64,000 nucleotides of DNA. It comes from Lama guanicoe. Taxonomy: Eukaryota. Below, one piece after another: positions 52,421 to 64,000 of this stretch. The position numbers and the translations under genes are program-made. The notes below the pieces were generated by a model. It saw nothing but the letters and a program-made list of their open reading frames with translations. It ran no database searches and was not told where the DNA came from. The stretch covers positions 248,001 through 312,000 of the forward strand of contig MU053754.1 of NCBI GenBank assembly GCA_013239625.1. Direction: 5' to 3'. Numbering within the stretch: the first letter of the stretch is position 1; the number at the start of each line of letters is the position of its first letter.

Positions 52421-52783
52421 ACCGTGGACTGAAAGCCACAGACGTGTGTCCTGTGTCATGGCGCGTGCTGCTGCTGGAGTTAACATCCTCCAATTCCCTG
52501 TGTCTACAGTCTAGAGGAAAAGACAGCCTCTTTTCAGTCAGATTAGCATGCATACTGCTCCTTTAAATTTGGAGTTTGGAATTTTCTGGATGGTGGCCAT
52601 GTGCATAATGGGGGAATCTAAGCTGGTCTGGGATGCCTGAAACTTTCAAGAGATGAAGGAAGTCAAATAGTCATACGCAGAAAATGTCAAAGGAAGATAT
52701 TTTGGGCTGATGGGAGAGCGTTTCTTACCAGAGAATGGTGAGAAATAAAAGGGTTAATAATGTTCACCTTCTGACACCACAAA

Positions 52784-53358
52784 CGTCAGAGACCTGATTT
52801 TGTCACCCCAGCACATGCCGTTTTGGCATAAGGATTATTTGGAGCTGAAGGCAGTAGGGAACAGGGGACACAGGAGTCACTCAGCAGGCCGTACATTGCC
52901 TTTACAAAGGTAACACATTTTCATTTGTAAAACTGTCTTCTCCCATATTAAGAAGAGAACCAGTCTGAGTCCTGGGAGAAGACTCTTTACTGCAGAGGCC
53001 ACCGGCTTGAGTCTGCATTGCACACCTTACTAAACAACCTTTATCTACCATTAGTTTCCCTCATATTTATGTTCCCAACCCTGGCCATCCCTAGAAGCCC
53101 AAACTCTCCCTCCCTCCATTGTCTATAGTCACTTCACCGTTTATTGCCTTTTGTTAAAGTGATATATAAACTCGTAGGTCTAACTGCTACTTTGGAATTT
53201 TCATTTCTTTTCTGTGGAGCCCCACATACACATAAAATTATTAACATTGGTGAAATCTGTCTACATTTTCTTCTATTAATCTGGTTTTTGTTGGTTTAAT
53301 TTGCAGGTGGCAGGGACTGAACCTGAAAGGGTAGGGGAAATGTTTTTCCTCTGCTACA
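52784..53358 (+). mobile_element. MER34-like ERV1 solo LTR
   Basis: ttttggcataaggattatttggagctgaaggc near the start, TATA-like gatatataaa at 53161, and U5 ttaatctggtttttgttggtttaatttgcagg...ttcctctgctaca. Confidence 0.8.
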
Positions 53359-54086
53359 GGAGGAAGGGAGCTGGACTAATACTATTTGGGCTTTCGTGGG
53401 TGTCCCTGTGGTGAGGGGTATTGTCACCCCCAACCCCAACACCCTGGGAAACACTGGGCTAGCCTTCCTGGCGAAGGGGCCAGAGGGAGGACGTGGTGCT
53501 GCCTTAGAGTCCATGGTACCAGGAAGGGCAAATTCAGGCCAAGCTAGTGGGGGAGGGCTACCGGGTCCTAACTGGGACTGGAGTGATCAGCTCTCCAGGT
53601 TTCCATGGAGAATGCCAGCAGGGCAGTCCAGAGACCAGGCAGTCCAGGGACCAGGCAGTAGGGACCTTCAGAATGCACTGCCCAGGAGACCACGGGAGCC
53701 ACAGGAGGAGGCTGTGTCCAGCCACCTTGCCTCTTCCTCTCCATCTTGAGTTCAGAAAGCTCATACTCCACATCCTGGATACATGGGCAGTGGTCCTGTT
53801 CAGAGAACAGACCTTGGGAGTCAGTGCTCAGACCCTCCTAACACATTTCACACCAGACAGGGTTAAAGGGTAATTTTCCTCCACAAACACATGGGTACTT
53901 ATAAAATGCATAATATACAATATAGCAGTATGTATTAGGAGACAGAGTAGAAAGTCTACTTTTTTTTTGGCTGAGTATCCCTGTCAGTTGGAGAGCGAAA
54001 GAACTTTTGAGGAAAACCTCATAGTTTCTTTCCCCTAGTCTAGTAGAGGCAGCCCTTGCACCGGAAGGACTGTGACCTCCTCCTCT

Positions 54087-54256
54087 CAGTGTCTCAGGTG
54101 CCTGGGTCCGGGTTGTCCGAGGCCTGCAGCCTCCACAGCGGGAGGCTCTGGGTCGTGCAGAGTCTCCTGCCCTGCCCCCGAGCCCTTGAGTCAGCCCCGC
54201 ATTCTGACGGTACCCTTTGGTGATTTGTATGCCCATCAGAATTGGAGAAGCACTGC
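54087..54256. mobile_element. MER5-like hAT MITE
   Basis: cagtgtctcagg...ggtgatttgtatgcccatcagaattggagaagcactg. Confidence 0.6.
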
Positions 54257-55237
54257 TCTAACTGGTGATCAATAGTCGTTTGTAGGAAGAGTGAATAAAT
54301 GAGGGTGTACATGAATAAATAATCGAGTAAGTGGAACCATTAAGAACTCGCTAATGGCCTTTCTTTACTGTTGTTTAGAATGCTTAAACGCGGAGGCTGT
54401 GTTGCTGGCTTCTGCATCGGGCTTCTCTTAAAGAAAGCGCTCCCTGTTCCCCACCAGGCATCGGTCCAGACTGGACCACTTGGGCGGGGGCGGTGGCAGT
54501 GGCGCCGGGTTCCTTCCCTGAGTCTTGCCATCCGATACGCAGGAGAAGGTTCACTCAGCTCACCCTGTCGGTTTAAACTGCTGGTTCTTACAGAATCTAG
54601 TCCTTAGGATTTCAGCATCGAGGCCTGTGTGGCATGCTTTCTGTTTCCTTTTCATAACTGCAGAATTGTTTGCCTTGAACCCAGTCTCTGTCTTGTGTTT
54701 TATCTGGTGATTGTGTCGTAAGATGGCCCGTGTCCTTGTTTGCGGACACCTAGCGGGGGTTGTTTAATACTGTGCATTATTTTCATTTACATGCAGGTTC
54801 CGGGTGTCACTTGCTTTGTCCTTATGAGTTTCCCATAATTTTTGTCCTTTTTTTCATGTGTGAGATATTTTATTAGTTTTTTTCCCCTTTTCAGTTTTAT
54901 TATGTAGCATTGTTAACAGTTCGACTGCGCATACACATTGTATTGCATGTAAATACGTATCTACAGTATGCTGCACTTTTTGTTAGTTTTCATATAGGTA
55001 CTAATTATTGTTTCTAAGAACAGATTAAATCTTTAGCTTTTTTAACTTACATAGGAATAAATAAATAATAAATTTATCAAAGGAATAAAGCCAACTTCAA
55101 AATAAAAATCAACAGAATGCAGTAATCCAATCATAAAGGGCAGTCAAATGTGCTCACACATATTCAGGAGATCAAAATAATATTAGTTCTGCGCGTGGGG
55201 AAAAGTAAGAATGTCAAACTTGAAAAAAAGATTGTTT

Positions 55238-55736
55238 TCTTCTTTTTAAATTGACATGTAACTTTGCTTTAGTGTCAGATGTACAGCATAATGATGCCAT
55301 GTTTGTATGTATTGTGAGGTGTCCCCACGGTAGGTTTAGTTGATATCCAACACCTCACACAGTTAAATGTTCTTTCGTGTGATGAAAACTTTTTAAGATC
55401 CACTCTCATCAGCTCTCATTCAAATATGCAGTATTATTAACTACAGTCACTGTGCTGTACATTACATCCTCAGGTCCTATTTATTTTATAAGTGGAATTT
55501 TGTACATTTTGACCCACTTTCCCCTTTTTGACACCCCGTCCCCTGCAACCACCATTCTGTTCTCTGTATCTGTGAGTTCATTGTTTTGTTTGGTGTTTTA
55601 GCTTCCATGTGTAAGTGAGATCACTCAGTAGCTATCTTTCTCTGTGTGACTTAATTCGTGAAGCATAATGCCCTCAGCATCCATCCATGTTGTCACAGAT
55701 GGCAGGATTTCTCCTCTTTCGTGGCTCAGAAATATT

Positions 55737-55786
<50 letters not shown>

Positions 55787-55807
55787 TTCTTTGTCCATTC
55801 ATGTATC
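55238..55807 (-). mobile_element. 5'-truncated L1 (L1MA-type) containing a (TG)20 microsatellite
   Basis: Antisense L1 3' UTR, TSD agattgttt at 55229 and 55808, (TG)20 at 55743-55782. Confidence 0.88.
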
Positions 55808-55974
55808 AGATTGTTTCCAACAGTAATTGCTGTTCACTAGCTATTACATTGTGAGGCCTTTCCCAGAAGCCTCTCAGAAATGTTCTTTGTCCATTCATGT
55901 ATCAGATTGTTTCCAACAGTAATTACTGTTCACTAGCTATTACATTGTGAGGCCTTTCCCAGAAGCCTCTCAGA
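55783..55974. repeat. 96-bp tandem duplication (one mismatch)
   Basis: 55783-55878 and 55879-55974 are identical except aattgctg versus aattactg. Confidence 0.97.
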
Positions 55975-56056
55975 CATCCGGAGTGCACGCACTAGCGCCA
56001 GTGCTTCCCAGCTTGGTGGTCCTCGTTAAAGTGCCCTCCCTCCTTACTGGTTCTGC

Positions 56057-56512
56057 TGGTACCGGCCCAGGGTTCTTGGAGCCTTTCATCAGTAGAAGCT
56101 GATAAGAGGCCAGAGGAGGATTTCAGGCAAGGCTTCACGGGGACTCGTGCTGAAGCACAAGGGAGCGGAAGCACTAACAGGCGCCCTTGCTTGTTCTCTG
56201 AGAGTGAGGGGTGAGCCGCCCCCTTAAACGGGGCGAGGGTGGGTTGGGCAGAGGCGTGGCTCCGGGAGTCCGCCTGCTCCCTTGGTGCGGCGTGTGCAGG
56301 GATCTCGCCTGGCACCTGCCTTTGCTCCCAGCGCCTCAGACGTGGCAGTAGGGTTTGGCCTTTTTGTATCTTGTTGTTCATAATTTGCCCCAGCTGCACA
56401 CGCCTGCGGTTATTTCTAGTCCCTTGTAGTTTCTTCATGGTCTGTTGCTGGAGGGGACGTTTGTCCAGGTGTGAGCGCTGCAGCACTAGGTCCCGGGTCC
56501 CAGCCTGTCCCA
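56057..56512 (-). mobile_element. ERV1-class solo LTR (family A)
   Basis: TG...CA termini, TSD ctgc/ctgg. Shares gataagaggccaga and ttttgtatctt...gttcata..ttgccccagctg with 33594-34061. Confidence 0.85.
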
Positions 56513-57905
56513 CTGGAGTCTGTCATGTTAGGAAAACAGCCTTGTCGACTCCCTTTGTCAGTGAGTACATTCTGTCCCCTGCACCCCTCCGGCAGAGGGT
56601 TAAGGAGAATCCAGGCTGACCGTGTCAGTTCTTGCCTGAAGAACGCTGTCCTCTCCACCTTTGCCTTTTCAGTATCACATAAAATGCTTTCCCCTCAGAT
56701 ATTCGTGGACAAGGGAAATCGCTCTCTATGGAAGAAGGGAAGCCTTCTGTGGCCAGTACCTCTAAACAGCCTTCATGCCGGCTTATCTGTGGGACCAAGC
56801 AGTGAAGCTATGCATGTCCCCCCTCTGTCGCAGAAAACAAACTTCAAACCAAAGAAAACGTAACACGGCACAACAAGAAAAATGTCACTTGATGGCCGTG
56901 AAAGCAAATGCCTTTTGATTGGCGGAAAGGATGTATGTTTTTTTAAGTGAATGAGAAAACTCCAGCACTTGCAAACAGCGGAGTCTGGGCGCAGGAGTGG
57001 AGTGTGTGTTTGGAGTGGGCTCATGTTCCGTGTCAGAGCTGCACCACACTCCTTTCTCCTTCCTATCTCCCATCACCTACTTCGTAAATGGTTTTCTTCC
57101 TGAGAAAAGAAAGTCATTGTACTGATGGTGGCTAAGAGAGTTGTCAGATGAATCAGCAAATTAGAGCTGGTCAGAGACAGAAGGGAGGCCATTCAGGAGA
57201 CTGGGAAGAGAACAGTGCTGTTGACGGAGAGTGGGGAGACAGATGTCTGCAGGTCTACACCTCCATTATTCCGAAGTCTTCAAGAAACAGGCTCTTGACC
57301 TTTTTCCATGGAGCCAAGTAATCCATCAACCAGACAGATCAGTAGACAAACTCCAAACTGGCACTGTCCTGTCTTTTGTAGGGAGCAGACCGTCAAGAAC
57401 GTTGGCATTCACCCTTTCAAGATCTTTTCTTTCCTCTTGGGCTTTGGAAACCAACCTTCATGGAAGGAAATCTTTTGACCCAGGCCTATTAGTTTTCAGA
57501 ATGTTCAGCGTGACTCAATGTGACAATGAATGTAATTCATAGAAGTTGACTGTGTCAAAAGGTCTGACTGTTGCTGAAGGCTTGTGGTAGGTGAGGCCGG
57601 CTTACCCTCTGGGAAGGTACACCTGTATTTCCATCGACCGTCGTAGAATGCTGCCATCTGGCATTTCTGTAGGGGTTTTCCTTTGGATCACTGCCTCGGG
57701 GTCAGTGGTTATCAACAGAGTCTTGGAGTGACTGGAGACAGGGAGTAAGGAAGGGATGACATCCCACTGCTAAATACTTGCTGTGCGCTCGCAAAATGCA
57801 TCGCTTATGTTCCAAGGGTACAGTGGTTGCTTCTTTCTAAAGCACCAGTGTCCTGCTACCTGGGGCCAGTGGTACCACTGAAGTTTTCCATACGTAGGTG
57901 GATGG

Positions 57906-58125
57906 CAGGGTTTCTCAACCTTGTCTTGGCTGACAAGTGGGGCTGGATCTTTCTGGGCTGTTGGGGGGCTGTCCTGTGCATTGTAGGGTGTTTTGCAGCA
58001 ACCTTTGTGTCTGCTTACTAGATGCCAGTAGCGCCCATTTCCCTCAAATTTTGACTGTCCAAAATGTCTCCAGACGTTGCCAGATGTCCCTGGGAAGGAG
58101 GCATAGTCACCCCCAGGTGAGTCCT
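57906..58125. mobile_element. MER20-like hAT MITE
   Basis: cagggtttctcaacctt...gggggctgtcctgtgcattgtagg...aaaatgtctccagacgttgccagatgtccctggg. Confidence 0.85.
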
Positions 58126-58420
58126 GCCACCAGTCCTTACGTATCTTACTGGAGAACTGACTTACCAAAGCAGACAAACAGCAATGAACAACTTCTACAG
58201 GTTTGGACCTCTTCTGCTAACACATGCATACACGCAGGGATCTCCACCCAGGGATCTGCTGGTTTTTCTCTTCCAGGGGAAGAAAACTAATTGAATCATC
58301 TCATCAACAGTGAGATCTGAGTGATAAAGCTTTGCTTCTTCCAGGACAGTGTTTGAAAACGACACAAGGCTAAGTACTTAACAAAGGTTAAGGGAACTCA
58401 AGCAAATATTTATTGAGTGC

Positions 58421-59051
58421 TGTCAGGGAGGAAGACGACTTGATCTTTCTAGGTTCTTCTGGCTACGAATTAAATTGACATGAGACAGATGAACAAGAGA
58501 AATTCAGATTTAATTTTGTACATGTGGGAATCCCACTCACGTGAGAGTGTGAGACCACACATTCTCGAGAGGCTCACAGACAGGAGGGTAAAATGAAGGG
58601 TCCACCCCACCCTGAGTGAAGGGCCTTCAGAGACAGGAGGGTTGTTCACAGGAGGGGCAGAAGGAAGGCAGATCTTGGGTGATCAGACATCTGCCCTGCC
58701 GTACAGATGGGGGCCACTTAGATAGCGTTGTTCTCTGGTAGTAACTCTTCTCTGGGAAGAAGCCCCAGTTTAATTATTCTAAGGGAGGGGTCAGTACTTT
58801 CTCTGGAACCTGCAGGGACTGGATTGCCTCTGGCAGAAAATAATCCTCACGTAAAAGTGGCACGTTGTGTGGGCGCGGGTATCATTCAAGTGGTAGAGCG
58901 CATGCTCAGCATACACACGGTCCTGGCTTCGATCCCCAGGACCTCCATTAAAAATAAATCAGTAAACCTAATTACCTCCCCCTCAAAAAATAAAACCATA
59001 AATTTTGAAAGAAGTGGCACATTTTGAGGAGCCTCTGCAGGACCGTCCCAG
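58421..59051 (-). mobile_element. ERV1-class solo LTR interrupted by a SINE
   Basis: TGTCAGGGAGG start with aattaaattgacatgagacagatgaacaagaga (same U5 type as 51294), TSD gtgc/gtac. Confidence 0.8.
58870..59011 (+). mobile_element. Vic-1-like tRNA-derived SINE nested in an LTR
   Basis: gtggtagagcgcatgctcagcat...ggcttcgatccccaggacctccattaaaaat...aaacctaattacctcccc. TSD aagtggcacgttgtg (58855) and aagtggcacattttg (59012). Confidence 0.9.
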
Positions 59052-59515
59052 GTACTGGAAAAGCAAAGATAACTTAAGCGTGGACTTTGCTGCCAGCATT
59101 CCCTGGGGTGGGTGCGGTGGGCTTGCATAGGAGCTGGGAACACCTCCGGTTAGCACTGGGTCCACCTGCAGCTCAGGCTGATTCTATAAGTAAAGGACTT
59201 CTCGGAGATTGCACGCTAAGACATCCAGCTAGTATCTTGCTAATGTTTCTATTCGGATCACTCTCCGAAGAAATGTTGAGTATCTCGTATCAGTTACTTG
59301 CTCATCTTTTCCCTTGTGTTCCAGTGTAACAATATAGCTCTGTTCCGTTTGAAAGGAGTTAGGTCTGTTTTGGATGCGATTTCCTTTCCCTGATTGTGTA
59401 ATGGATCTGCTACTGTCTTTCTTCAGGAACAGAAGCAGGTCAGGTTTCCACATGCACCTGAAAGAGCAGAAAAGCGCAGCCGCTCAGCTGGAATCCGTTT
59501 CTTTATAGCAGCGTT

Positions 59516-59561
59516 CGCTAACACACTGCCTGAGTCCGCTAACACACTGGCCGAGTCCGCT
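59516..59561. repeat. 21-bp tandem duplication
   Basis: cgctaacacactgcctgagtc, then cgctaacacactggccgagtc, then cgct. Confidence 0.9.
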
Positions 59562-59975
59562 CTCCTCCTATAGGAACAAATCTTACGCTTGGCCATGTTT
59601 GTGATGGGTTTTGTGTGGTAGCTCCTCTCCTCCTGAGGGGCTGCGAGGGAAGGGCGAAACGATGCAGCTAATACAGAAGTGCTGGCTGAGCCAGCTGAGC
59701 CAAAACAGGTCCACGGTGCAGGTGGTTCCTTCCCCGTAAAGATGTCTGTCGTCACAGGCAGGATCCAGGCACAGAAAAGCAGCATCTGAGTCATGCAGAG
59801 ACTTTGGGGACAACACCGAAGTGCACACACATGCCCCCCACGACCCGCGCATACACACATTCACAGAGCCCTTACTTTTTCTTTCTCTTTTCGTAAAGGA
59901 TGCTTTTTCTTTCTTTTCTTTCCTTTTTTTTTTTTTTTTTTTTTTGTAAAAAATTTTTTTTTTTTTTTTGAAGCA

Positions 59976-60500
59976 TGTAACGGAGGAGAGGTTTTTTTCT
60001 TTCTGCCCTCCTAGGTTCAGTGGCTGGGGCTGAGAATCAAACCCATACAAGACAGGTTAATAAGAGAAAGAAAAAACAGCTTGGATGTGCTGGCGTTGGC
60101 AAAGAGAAACACGGCTCAAGGAGGTGGCCAGGTGCCTGAGGCTTATTTCCCGTTTCAGGCTAAACCAAGAAAAAGAGCTTCTGGTAGGAGGAGGCAGGTG
60201 ACGGGTGGAAATGTGTGGCCAACAGACTTGACTCTTTATGCAGGTGAGAGTCTCTCAGGTGGTAAAAGATACTTCAGGAGTAGCTTGCTTCCTGGTCAGA
60301 GACATCTTTACAAACGGGAATTTTCTTTCTGCCTGTAAACTTCCTGTCCAAGGGGGGAATTTCTATGCTCCATTTTGAGGCACTCTGAGCGAGGTAAAGA
60401 GCTTTCCTTGTGTCTGCTGGTTCTCAGTTGCCCGTAGCTCACAGACTCGCTCTGCCCAAGAGGCTTATCTGGGGGCCAAATGTGCTGGTAACTCTCAAAC
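59976..60500 (-). mobile_element. ERV1-class solo LTR (MER34/MER39-type U5)
   Basis: TGTAACGGAGG start with ctgccctcctaggttcagtggctgggg...aagacaggttaataagagaaa, TSD agca/agca. Confidence 0.8.
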
Positions 60501-61541
60501 AGCATAAGGGAAAAAGGCATTTCCAGGCACCCCAGGACCTTGACCGGACATCCCAGCACAGAAGGCACAGCCAGCATGACACTCACGTGCATCCTGCGAG
60601 CCGAGGGGAGACACAGGCACCCAACTCCCGCCTCTGCTGAGCAGTCGGGCAGGACCTGCCCCTCGGGAGAGGCTCCACGTTTCCTTCCCGCTGAGGAGCT
60701 TTGGCTCACAGGAGACACTTTCTGCAGTCAGCAGAGTCACCGCACAGGCTGGTGCTGAACTGAGCCGCACCAGGACGTAGCCAGGTTGTCTCCATCCAAT
60801 GGGAAGTCCCCAAGACGACCTTCAACTGGTCGCCTCAGTAAAACCTTTCCCAGGCCATTCTGTGATTCGTAGTTCTTCCTCTGCGCCCGCAGAAGTCTCC
60901 CTGTGGCTCTGAGGGGCACGGGGGAAATGTCTTAACTGGACTGAGGCGCTTTCTCTCCTTCCTTCCATGGTGGCTCCCAACCACTAAGTCGTTCATTTGG
61001 CGAAAACATTTCTTTCTCTGAGACTGTGTAAGTGGAGGAGGAAAAGTCAGCTGCTAACCCACGATGTTTTCCGTGGGTTGAGCCCAGGTTTTAAGTTTTA
61101 TCAGAGTGATATTTCAGGGGGTTCAGAAGTTCCACCTTCTGTTGCATTTCCTAGTTCATGTCTCTCTAGAGTCATTGTCACCCCGACCCTGGTCCAGCCA
61201 TAACAGCGCCCCGTGGAAGATAAAGCACACTGAGTCATCACGGCGGGGAGGACTGTGTGCCCTCCGTCTCCTGTCCTAGGAGCTCGTTTCACAAGTGAGA
61301 AGAGTGTCTCCCCTGCAGGAGCCTTCCAGGTGGCCCTCCGTGTCAGAAAGCACTTCTTCCTCCAGCGAGACCTTTGGGGCCTCGAAGCACGATGGTAAAT
61401 CACACAAGCACATGCACGCGCACGGTCCCCGCGGCTCTCAGACGTTGATGGACAGGCTGAAGAGCAGTGCTCACTTGAAGGCACCGGTGGGGACTTTCCT
61501 CGGGCTCCCGCGAGTTCCTGTCCCCACTCTGTCACACGCTG

Positions 61542-62165
61542 TGTTGCCGGGGACTAGGTTCTTGTCTCGCTGCAGAGAGAAGACAGGGAGGTTAAGAAAG
61601 TAAGTGGGGATTTATTAAGGGATGGAAAGTACTCTCTCAGGGGGAGAACTGGCAGGCTCAGGGGAGCAGCTGCCCTGAGTTTCTGCGGCAGGTTGGCCAC
61701 AGAGAGTGTAAAAACGAATGGTCGTTATGTTCATTGGAGAGGAAGGGTTCGTGGTCTTCCCTGGTTTTCACCCCAGCTCCGCCTTCCCAAGGAGAGGAGG
61801 GATTTTTGTCCTTAGTCTGGATCGGATGTGCCACGGCGTTGGTGCATGATGGGTACTTCTAATCTCAAGGCTGATTTTATTAAAAGGAAGGCATAATGAG
61901 CAAAGGGTTACATTTGGACACTGGCGATTCCTGCCTTTCCCCACCTTTCTTTGTTGGCCTCCAGGCCTGTTGTCACCCCAGAATGTGTGACTGCTTATCT
62001 GCCCAGAGGTTCCTGCTTTTCTTTCTCTGCCCAGGGACCCCTGCTGTTCACAAGGTGTATGGCTTCCTGCGTCCGGCCCTTGCCCCGCCTTTCCGCCCAG
62101 TTCCTGCCATTTGGCCTGCGTCCACCCTTTCTCTGCTCATTTCGAGCCATCTGCCTGCTCTGACA
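61542..62165 (-). mobile_element. ERV1-class solo LTR
   Basis: TGTTGCCG...CTGACA termini, TTTATT at 61611, TSD gctg/actg. Confidence 0.8.
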
Positions 62166-63479
62166 ACTGGCGGATGGTCACTTCCTGTTCAGGGGAGTCT
62201 TGTTGTTGCTGTTTCTGTTTTTCATTTTGCAGCACGAGGGATAAGGAATCTCAGTGAAGCGCAATTCTACTTTTGAGACCGACGACGGAGCCTGCCCATC
62301 CCCTGTTTATTAGCCTCTCTTGTTCAAGTTCTAGGCAAACATTTAAAAGTACAGCGAAAAAACACCAGGAATAGTCTCACAGAGCCATACTTCTAGTAGA
62401 ATCTTTGCCCCTACGTGGAATTTTTCCCCCCCTAGGGAAAGTCTTTTACTAGCAAAGGGTGACTCTCTAGAGTATGTTGCTATAGTTATACAAATATTGC
62501 AACAGAAAGTGAAATAAAACACACAGGAAAGGTTTATCATGGTCTGTAGTCTCTTTTTTGAAGTATTAATTATCATAAAATTATTCACATTCGTAGTACC
62601 TTAATATTTCTGATTGATAAAATTTTTAAAATAGTTTTAAGAGGTAGATTTCTAACTTGAGAGAAAATGTCCATTCTGCAGGAGCTGCAATGGATTTCCC
62701 TCCCTGTATTTTCATCTCGGGAAGCTGGATTCACTGCCCAAGATCACTCCATACTTGGTATGAGATTCGTTGGGAGCTGGAGGAACAGAATTGTCTCCTT
62801 GCCTCTGTGGTCCAATGTGTGTTTGTTACATGTTGAAAGATAATGAAAAAATACTTGGTGTAGGAGATAGCAGTCCTATTTTTTTTCCTCTCTGGTGGAA
62901 AAAAAAAACCAGACGGCACTTACTTAACACTCTCAGATATATAGCCCCACATATTTTGTCTGGTGAAAGGGGGAAAAAAAGATATTAGGATACATTCTGT
63001 GAGTTTTTGACAAACAACCTGATACAGCACATACTTTGCCAAGTCTGTCAAAGTGAAATAGTTTTGGAAATAGAGCAGGTGATATTTTATGTGTGCTTAG
63101 GTTAAAAAATGGAGTGGGTTTCCCTGAAATATGATTTCCAAGTTTTGAAGTCATTATGTGTGAAAGCACCCTGTTCTAAGGAAAAAGGGCTTCCCAGGGA
63201 GAGTTTGATGGGCAAAGGGTCAGACGCTCTTGTGACCTTCGTGTTTTGTCCGCATTCAGTAAGCTATGCAGAGACATCTTTTTATCAGTGTTAATGTCCT
63301 TTTTAAAAATTACTTGTTATAGAATTGTTTCTCTTCTTAGTACACTTTCCCTCTGTGCAGTGATTTTAAGAAACCATTAATGCTTCTATTTTTTTTTTGC
63401 AATTATAAGATTCCCGGCATTAAATATTAATGTTTCATTTTTTTCTGCATCTTGACCAATTTCTTAAGATACTGCAGTA

Positions 63480-63723
63480 ACTACGAGGTAAAACTATGGA
63501 GTCAGTCTGCTTGGTCACTTATGTTAGTTCTGCCCTTAAAATGTGTGGTCTCAGGCAGGTGACTTACGTTCTAGGTTATTCAGTTTATTTTTCTATAAAA
63601 TGGGGACACTACAAGGACCTATGTTATGGTTATAGTGAGGTTTTTCAGGAATACATACGAAGTGCACCGAATGTCACACGGGGTGCAGTGAGCAATACAG
63701 AAGTTTCTGCTATTATTGTGATT
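63480..63723 (+). mobile_element. MIR SINE
   Basis: tgtgtggtctcaggcaggtgactta...cagtttatttttctataaaatgggga...ttctgctattatt. Confidence 0.75.
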
Positions 63724-63794
63724 CCATAATGCACCTTTTGCATTTGCTTTGCAAGTGTCGGAAATCTTTTGGTTTTTGTTTTCTTATTTTTTAT

Positions 63795-64000
63795 TCAAAA
63801 AATTTTTTTTAATTGAAGTGTGGTCAGTTTACAATGTTGTGTTAATTTCTGATGTACAGCATAGTGATTGAGTTATACACACACACACACATATATATAC
63901 CTTTTCATATTCTTTTTCATTATAGTCTATTACAAGATGCTGAATATAGTTCTCTGTGCTGTACAGTAGGACCTTGTTGGTTATCTACTTGGTATATAGT
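63795..64000 (-). mobile_element. L1 3' end, cut by the window edge
   Basis: ttttttttaattgaagtgtggtcagtttacaatgttgtgttaatttctgatgtacagcatagtgatt...ctgtacagtaggaccttgttgg. Confidence 0.92.

Noticed and set aside
33594..56512. Two same-family, same-orientation LTRs that could bound one provirus
   Set aside because: They are about 22 kb apart, each has its own TSD, they are clearly diverged, and no gag/pol/env lies between them.
59905..59969. Long poly-T tracts next to an LTR
   Set aside because: No attached retroelement body or TSD was found, so it is treated as simple low-complexity sequence.

Overview
This is mammalian non-coding genomic DNA, most likely camelid (alpaca, vicuna, llama or camel), because it carries four tRNA-derived SINEs matching the camelid Vic-1 type. 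I recognise no protein-coding exon, functional RNA gene, CRISPR array or prokaryotic system. The listed ORFs are chance ORFs or decayed L1 ORF2 pieces. Much of the window is repeat: L1 fragments, about 12 solo ERV LTRs concentrated between 25 and 62 kb (many with 4-bp TSDs), ancient MLT2/LTR16/MER DNA transposons, L2 and MIR. Young L1s and LTRs are strongly biased to the minus strand, which suggests an intron of a plus-strand gene. The most notable structures are: (1) a ~356-bp L1 retrocopy joining the L1 5' start directly to the 3' UTR at an AG, like a spliced L1; (2) a ~20-bp twin-priming inversion; (3) a minisatellite that multiplies the ETS site ACAGGAAGTG; (4) several local tandem duplications. 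Repeat family names come from recalled consensus sequences, not a search, and boundaries of old repeats are approximate. The sequence does not support a novel multi-gene system.
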